From a virus, in the IMG/VR virus record IMGVR_UViG_3300032373_000053, positions 1-37,534 of that record: DNA of 37,534 bases; one strand, given 5' to 3'. Below are positions 34,310 through 37,534 of this stretch, piece by piece. How positions within the stretch are numbered: position 1 is the first letter of the stretch; each line of letters begins with the position of its first letter. The notes below the pieces were generated by a model. The model had not been told where the DNA came from and did no database searches. It saw only the letters and a list, made by a program, of their open reading frames with translations. A program made the position numbers and the translations under genes.

Positions 34310-34673
34310 AGGTTTTCATCCCACGAATTGACGTTTCAGCCGCATCGCTACATCGGATAATTTCGCAGTTTTCTGTTAGGTGAATATCAATTGGCGCACC
34401 AACTTTGCTGTCTTCGTGCAAGCCTTCTGCGGCGACACCAGATAGGAAGGCGCTGTTTTTTGCTGCTTTCCAATACCAAAGCCGCCGACTTTCGGTAAGA
34501 ACGCACTCTCGACCATTTGTTTGCGTTAAGACGCCAGCATGAACGCCCGCATCCCGGCACCGTACAATGACGTAACTGCCGATCATGCCATTATCAAAGT
34601 GAGAGGGAGTGTTTTGTCCGACCATTGCAGTGAGTTGCTTGGCTTGGCCGATTGTTAGGTCATCGATATTCAT
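34296..34673 (-). CDS. Hypothetical protein (125 aa); first gene of the leftward operon
   Basis: GGTGGATACGACAG precedes ATG 34673, downstream of the candidate leftward promoter. Confidence 0.7.
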   Translation of the reverse strand: MNIDDLTIGQAKQLTAMVGQNTPSHFDNGMIGSYVIVRCRDAGVHAGVLTQTNGRECVLTESRRLWYWKAAKNSAFLSGVAAEGLHEDSKVGAPIDIHLTENCEIIRCSDAAETSIRGMKTYEPA

Positions 34674-34705
34674 CTGTCGTATCCACCGTTTATTTCGATG
34701 GACAC

Positions 34706-34734
34706 AACATACGAAAGCCTAATTGACGTGTCAA
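34706..34734 (-). promoter_or_regulatory. Leftward early promoter candidate
   Basis: The minus strand reads TTGACA (34734-34729), a 17-nt spacer, then TATGTT (34711-34706), about 30 nt upstream of ATG 34673. The -35 box lies in the near-palindrome TTGACGTGTCAA (34723-34734). Confidence 0.55.
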
Positions 34735-34787
34735 GAATAATTAACGGCAATATAAAAAATATTTCGGGTGATTTAGTTTGCGGGGAT

Positions 34788-34800
34788 GGGGGAATCCCCC
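34788..34800. promoter_or_regulatory. 13-bp perfect palindrome GGGGGAATCCCCC in the divergent control region
   Basis: Seen at 34788-34800, followed by a T-rich stretch (gtcgttttagttttattttt). Confidence 0.4.
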
Positions 34801-34837
34801 CAAGTCGTTTTAGTTTTATTTTTCTCTTAAATTATGG

Positions 34838-34866
34838 TTGACGCCACTTAAAGTGTGGTTTACAAG
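34838..34866 (+). promoter_or_regulatory. Rightward promoter candidate (weak -10)
   Basis: TTGACG (34838-34843), a 17-nt spacer, then TACAAG (34861-34866). The -10 overlaps the RBS, so transcription from here would give a nearly leaderless mRNA. Confidence 0.25.
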
Positions 34867-34873
34867 GATTATT

Positions 34874-35092
34874 ATGAAAACATTAATCCAAAAGGCAGCT
34901 AATATTGCAGGGGGCACCGAGGCGTTAGCGCGGCGTCTTTCCTGTTCGCGTCAGGCTATTTCTCAGTGGCACGGCAAAGTGCCGCGTGGACGGGCGTTGG
35001 AAATTGAACTTATAACTGGCGGTGCAGTAACCCGTCACCAGTTGAGGCCGGACCTGTTCCCGCCAGAGGATTCAAGCGAAAGCGCGGCATAG
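34874..35092 (+). CDS. Cro/YdaS-like HTH transcriptional regulator (72 aa)
   Basis: AANIAGGTEALARRLSCSRQAISQWHGKVPRGRALEIELITGGAV fits the Cro/YdaS HTH pattern. AAGGA precedes ATG 34874. Confidence 0.65.
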   Translation: MKTLIQKAANIAGGTEALARRLSCSRQAISQWHGKVPRGRALEIELITGGAVTRHQLRPDLFPPEDSSESAA

Positions 35093-35143
35093 CTTCTCAC
35101 GGACCTCCCCTAGGCGGGGTGCCTTCATCCCTGCCTACAACTA

Positions 35144-35171
35144 CCCCGGCGCTTCGGCGTCGGGGGCTTTT
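35144..35171 (+). terminator. Rho-independent terminator with a UUCG tetraloop
   Basis: CCCCGGCGC (35144-35152), TTCG, GCGTCGGGG (35157-35165; 9 bp including one G-U), then GCTTTT. Confidence 0.65.
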
Positions 35172-35409
35172 GGAAAGGAGTATTTTGCAGAGCGGCGGCG
35201 TGGAAAGCAGACACGCAGCGTTAGCAGCCACGTAAAGGTGAATGGCGTCAGACGGTAAGGCTCTTTGACATTCCCTTTAGCCGGAGTAGCGCCCGGCCCG
35301 CTCTGCAAAGTGTTCTGAGTTTACGCGCATCCCGCTTCGAACACGGGAGCTATACCCATCAGCTGGGGAGTGGGGCGCAAATCCCCGGCACAGATTTGGA
35401 GAGAGTGAA

Positions 35410-35715
35410 ATGCTAAACCGAAGCCTTAAGCAAGAAGACACGCCACTAAACGCCATGATAGCCAGGAGCCATCCGGGTATGGCGACGTGGGCGGGCGGTG
35501 GCCCTGATGGATGTGTTTGCTGGGGTTGCGGGGACTTCAATCGGCCCACCAAAGACACGAAGAAGGGTTCATGCAATCGCTTCAAGCGGATGACTGGCAG
35601 GGGCCCCTATCAAAAGATCGATCCGAAAACCGGCAAAGAAAAACTCGTCACTCCAGCAAGCCCAACGTTCCCGGCACGCACGCCTGCCTGCCGCTATTTC
35701 GAAGCACGTAAATGA
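35410..35715 (+). CDS. Hypothetical Cys-rich basic protein (101 aa)
   Basis: GGAGAGAG RBS. Contains GCVCWGCGDF...GSCNRF...ACRYF. Confidence 0.6.
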   Translation: MLNRSLKQEDTPLNAMIARSHPGMATWAGGGPDGCVCWGCGDFNRPTKDTKKGSCNRFKRMTGRGPYQKIDPKTGKEKLVTPASPTFPARTPACRYFEARK

Positions 35716-36047
35716 AAGCACGATCCGCAAAAGCCAAGGGCACACGGTTAGAGACATTTCTCGCTAAGGAAATGGACTCACTGCCCGGATGGTCCGCACG
35801 CAAGCAACCGGGTAGCGGTATCTATCAAGCCTTTCCGCATGACCTGTCTATCGTTGACCCTTGCGGGCGTGAGTGGATAGGCGAGGCGAAGTCTTGGAAA
35901 AATGGCTGGCGCACTGGCGACAAGGCACTTGGTCAAGCTGACATTCTTTTCATCAAACGCGATTACGGAGAACCGTGCGTCTATATGCCGTTCTCCAAAT
36001 TCGTTGAAATGGTGTCTCCACTGAATGAGGTTGAGAAGCCCGAATGA
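35712..36047 (+). CDS. Hjc-type Holliday-junction resolvase-like nuclease (111 aa)
   Basis: AKGTRLETFLAKEM...QPGSG...PHDLSIVD...WIGEAKSWK follows the archaeal Hjc-like KG..FE...SG...D...E.K layout. Confidence 0.5.
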   Translation: MKARSAKAKGTRLETFLAKEMDSLPGWSARKQPGSGIYQAFPHDLSIVDPCGREWIGEAKSWKNGWRTGDKALGQADILFIKRDYGEPCVYMPFSKFVEMVSPLNEVEKPE

Positions 36048-36217
36048 CCCTCCTTGATGAACAAGATGACCCGCTAATCGTTCAGTATTTCGAGAAGTAC
36101 AAACAGTGCCAGAGCCGCGCTGACACACGAGGCATGGATAAGTGGGCAGCAAAGGCCAAGGAACTGCGCACCGCGCTCATGCGGGACGCCTACGGGATAA
36201 GGGAGGCGGCTGAATAG
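36044..36217 (+). CDS. Hypothetical micro-protein (57 aa)
   Basis: Translation is MTLLDEQDDPLIVQYFEKYKQCQSRADTRGMDKWAAKAKELRTALMRDAYGIREAAE. ATGA overlap upstream and TAGTG overlap downstream. Absent from the track. Confidence 0.5.
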   Translation: MTLLDEQDDPLIVQYFEKYKQCQSRADTRGMDKWAAKAKELRTALMRDAYGIREAAE

Positions 36218-36894
36218 TGGCGCGCATAAGAACAATTAAACCGGGTTTCTGGCAGCATGAAGACCTAAGCGAGTTACCGCCCGAGGTTCATATGATGGCT
36301 GCGGCATTACTCAATCACTCCGATGATGAAGGGTATTTCAAGGCCAACGATAAACTTGTTAAAGCGGCATGTTGTCCACTCCGTGAGGACTCCGTGAGTA
36401 CTCATGGAGCGCTCATTCAGTTGGAAAAAATAGGGTTTATCGAAATGTTTGAAGGGACTGACGGAAAAAAGTACGGGCATGTTGTCAAATTCCTTGATCA
36501 CCAGACCATCAGCCGCCCAACCGCTAGTAAAATCAAGAAGTTACAGCCACTCACGGAGGACTCACTGAATACTCATGGAGTGCTCCATGAGGACTCCATG
36601 CAGGAAAGGAAGGGAAAGGAAGGGAAAGGAAAGGAAGGGAGAGACGCGCGCGAAAGATTGGAGCCGGAAAACTTCAAACCCATGCAGGCAGATAATTTAG
36701 TTCCCGCGAATTGGCTACCAGACAAAACCGATTATTGGAAAAACGAGGCAGAAAAGTTTGTAGCCCACTATGCCGGGAAGGATGGCACGCCGCACACCGA
36801 TTGGCGGGCAACTTGGAATTTGTGGCGTCTGAGAGCGCCGGAGTTTGCGCCAGCGAAACCGACCGAGGTTGATCACTACGCGGGGTGCATATGA
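36217..36894 (+). CDS. Replication-initiator-like protein (225 aa; GTG start)
   Basis: The ARIRTIKPGFWQHEDLSEL...NHSDDEGYF N-terminus resembles prophage proteins I recall seeing next to primases. It contains iteron-like DNA repeats and is coupled to the primase-helicase (ATGA). Confidence 0.45.
   Translation: MARIRTIKPGFWQHEDLSELPPEVHMMAAALLNHSDDEGYFKANDKLVKAACCPLREDSVSTHGALIQLEKIGFIEMFEGTDGKKYGHVVKFLDHQTISRPTASKIKKLQPLTEDSLNTHGVLHEDSMQERKGKEGKGKEGRDARERLEPENFKPMQADNLVPANWLPDKTDYWKNEAEKFVAHYAGKDGTPHTDWRATWNLWRLRAPEFAPAKPTEVDHYAGCI
36377..36420. repeat. Iteron-like array 1 (4 tandem 11-mers)
   Basis: cactccgtgag, gactccgtgag, tactcatggag, cgctcattcag. Confidence 0.7.
36548..36603. repeat. 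Iteron-like array 2 (5 tandem 11-12-mers)
   Basis: cactcacggag, gactcactgaa, tactcatggag, tgctccatgag, gactccatgcag. Confidence 0.7.
36602..36644. repeat. 43-nt homopurine tract with a 10-bp tandem unit (ggaaaggaag, three copies)
   Basis: aggaaaggaagggaaaggaagggaaaggaaaggaagggagaga contains purines only on the + strand. It encodes KGKEGKGKEG. Confidence 0.85.
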
Positions 36895-37534
36895 GCGATA
36901 TTCACGAGATCAAGCGCGAGTTGGCCAGTCGGGCGTTATCGGTTTGCGAACGTCTTCTCCCTGGTGGCCGGAAGGATGGCGCGGAGTTCAAGGCCGGATC
37001 AGTTTCGGGTGAGGCCGGCAATTCCCTTTCGGTGAGTTTGACGGGTTCGAAAGCTGGCGTCTGGCGAGATTTTGCCGAGAGCGACAAGGGCGGCGATTTA
37101 CTAGACCTCTGGCAACAATCGCAGGGGATTTCGCTGGTTCAAGCATTGGATGAGGCAAGGGATTTCCTCGGATGGGAAAAGCCTAAATTCGTTGGCCAGA
37201 AACGAGAATGGACGCGACCCGAAGCGCCGAAGGGAACAACGAAAGTTAAGGATCGGGTGAGGGATTATCTAACCGAGGATCGGTGTATTCCGGATCAAAT
37301 TCTTGAAAAATACAAGGTTGCTGCGAAGGGCAACGAAATTGTTTTCCCGTTCATTGCTGATGGCGTTTTGCGAATGATCAAAACCCGTACTGCGGAGGAT
37401 GGAGGAAAGCCAAAACCAACGGGGCCGAATCAGGAATGCGTTTTATTCGGCTGGCAGGCCATCCCCGACGATGCCCGAGAGGTAACGATTACCGAAGGTG
37501 AAATAGACGCTTTATCGATGGCGGCATACGGCTA
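36891..37534 (+). CDS. Bifunctional DNA primase/helicase, N-terminal part (open at the window end, continues at 128..1295 once the overlap is removed; about 603 aa in total)
   Basis: ATG 36891 overlaps the TGA of the upstream ORF (ATGA). The frame stays open to the window edge, which is why it is absent from the ORF track. Translation starts MSDIHEIKRELASRALSVCERLLPGG and includes VTITEGEIDALSMAAYG (TOPRIM-like acidic motif). It is in frame with 111..1295 after subtracting 37407. Confidence 0.8.
   Translation, partial: MSDIHEIKRELASRALSVCERLLPGGRKDGAEFKAGSVSGEAGNSLSVSLTGSKAGVWRDFAESDKGGDLLDLWQQSQGISLVQALDEARDFLGWEKPKFVGQKREWTRPEAPKGTTKVKDRVRDYLTEDRCIPDQILEKYKVAAKGNEIVFPFIADGVLRMIKTRTAEDGGKPKPTGPNQECVLFGWQAIPDDAREVTITEGEIDALSMAAYG
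37408..37534. repeat. Terminal direct repeat, copy 2 (circular-assembly overlap)
   Basis: Identical to bases 1-127. An exact 127-bp end overlap is typical of a circular contig from a de Bruijn assembler. Confidence 0.95.

Noticed and set aside
34031-34360. A + strand 109-aa poly(Ala-Val) ORF across the hexamer repeat.
   Set aside because: It is the complement reading of the same tandem array. It starts inside the antisense of a neighbouring gene, while all flanking genes and the RBS spacing favour the minus-strand Gly/Tyr frame.
35330-35372. A tRNA-like T-arm (cccgcTTCGAACacggg) followed by agctata-c-cca.
   Set aside because: The T stem has a mismatch next to the loop. No complementary 5' acceptor strand (tatagct) or D and anticodon arms can be placed upstream at tRNA distances.
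35277-35585. A 102-aa minus-strand ORF spanning the untranslated region and the start of the Cys-rich gene.
   Set aside because: It is antisense to a gene with a strong RBS. Its composition is Pro/Ser/Arg-rich, and its orientation is isolated within a + strand operon.

Overview
The window is a complete tailed-phage genome written as a linearised circle. Bases 1-127 recur exactly at 37408-37534, so the unique length is 37,407 bp, and a T7 gp4/Twinkle-like primase-helicase gene runs across that junction.

One divergent control region (about 34674-34873) feeds two arms.

- Rightward arm (34874, through the junction, to 25921): Cro-like HTH, a UUCG-loop terminator, a Cys-rich protein, an Hjc-like nuclease, a replication-initiator-like gene carrying phased iteron-like repeats, primase-helicase, an XRE HTH, small and large terminase, portal, scaffold, P22-type coat, neck/tail and internal-virion-like proteins, tail fibre, and a lysis cassette (M15 endolysin plus holin-like protein).
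- Leftward arm (34673 down to 25947): Rad52-like annealase, SSB, a NinB/Orf-like mediator, and more than 20 very small accessory genes.

I could not recognise a tape measure, tail tube or sheath (so the virion looks podovirus-like), nor an integrase, a CI-type repressor, a DNA polymerase, a tRNA or a CRISPR array.

Observations most worth follow-up:
1. A conserved intercistronic linker, TAA(A)CGAG(C/G), sits upstream of 15 leftward accessory genes.
2. A 70-aa Gly/Tyr/Asp/Ser repeat protein is encoded by a hexanucleotide tandem array.
3. 11-bp-phased iteron-like arrays plus a 43-nt homopurine tract lie inside the gene preceding the primase-helicase.
4. A DUF115/Maf-like enzyme sits next to a Thr/Asn-rich micro-protein directly behind the coat gene.
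5. Two paralogous 73-aa Cys4 genes lie in the accessory arm.

All functional calls come from reading motifs by eye. No database search was run.
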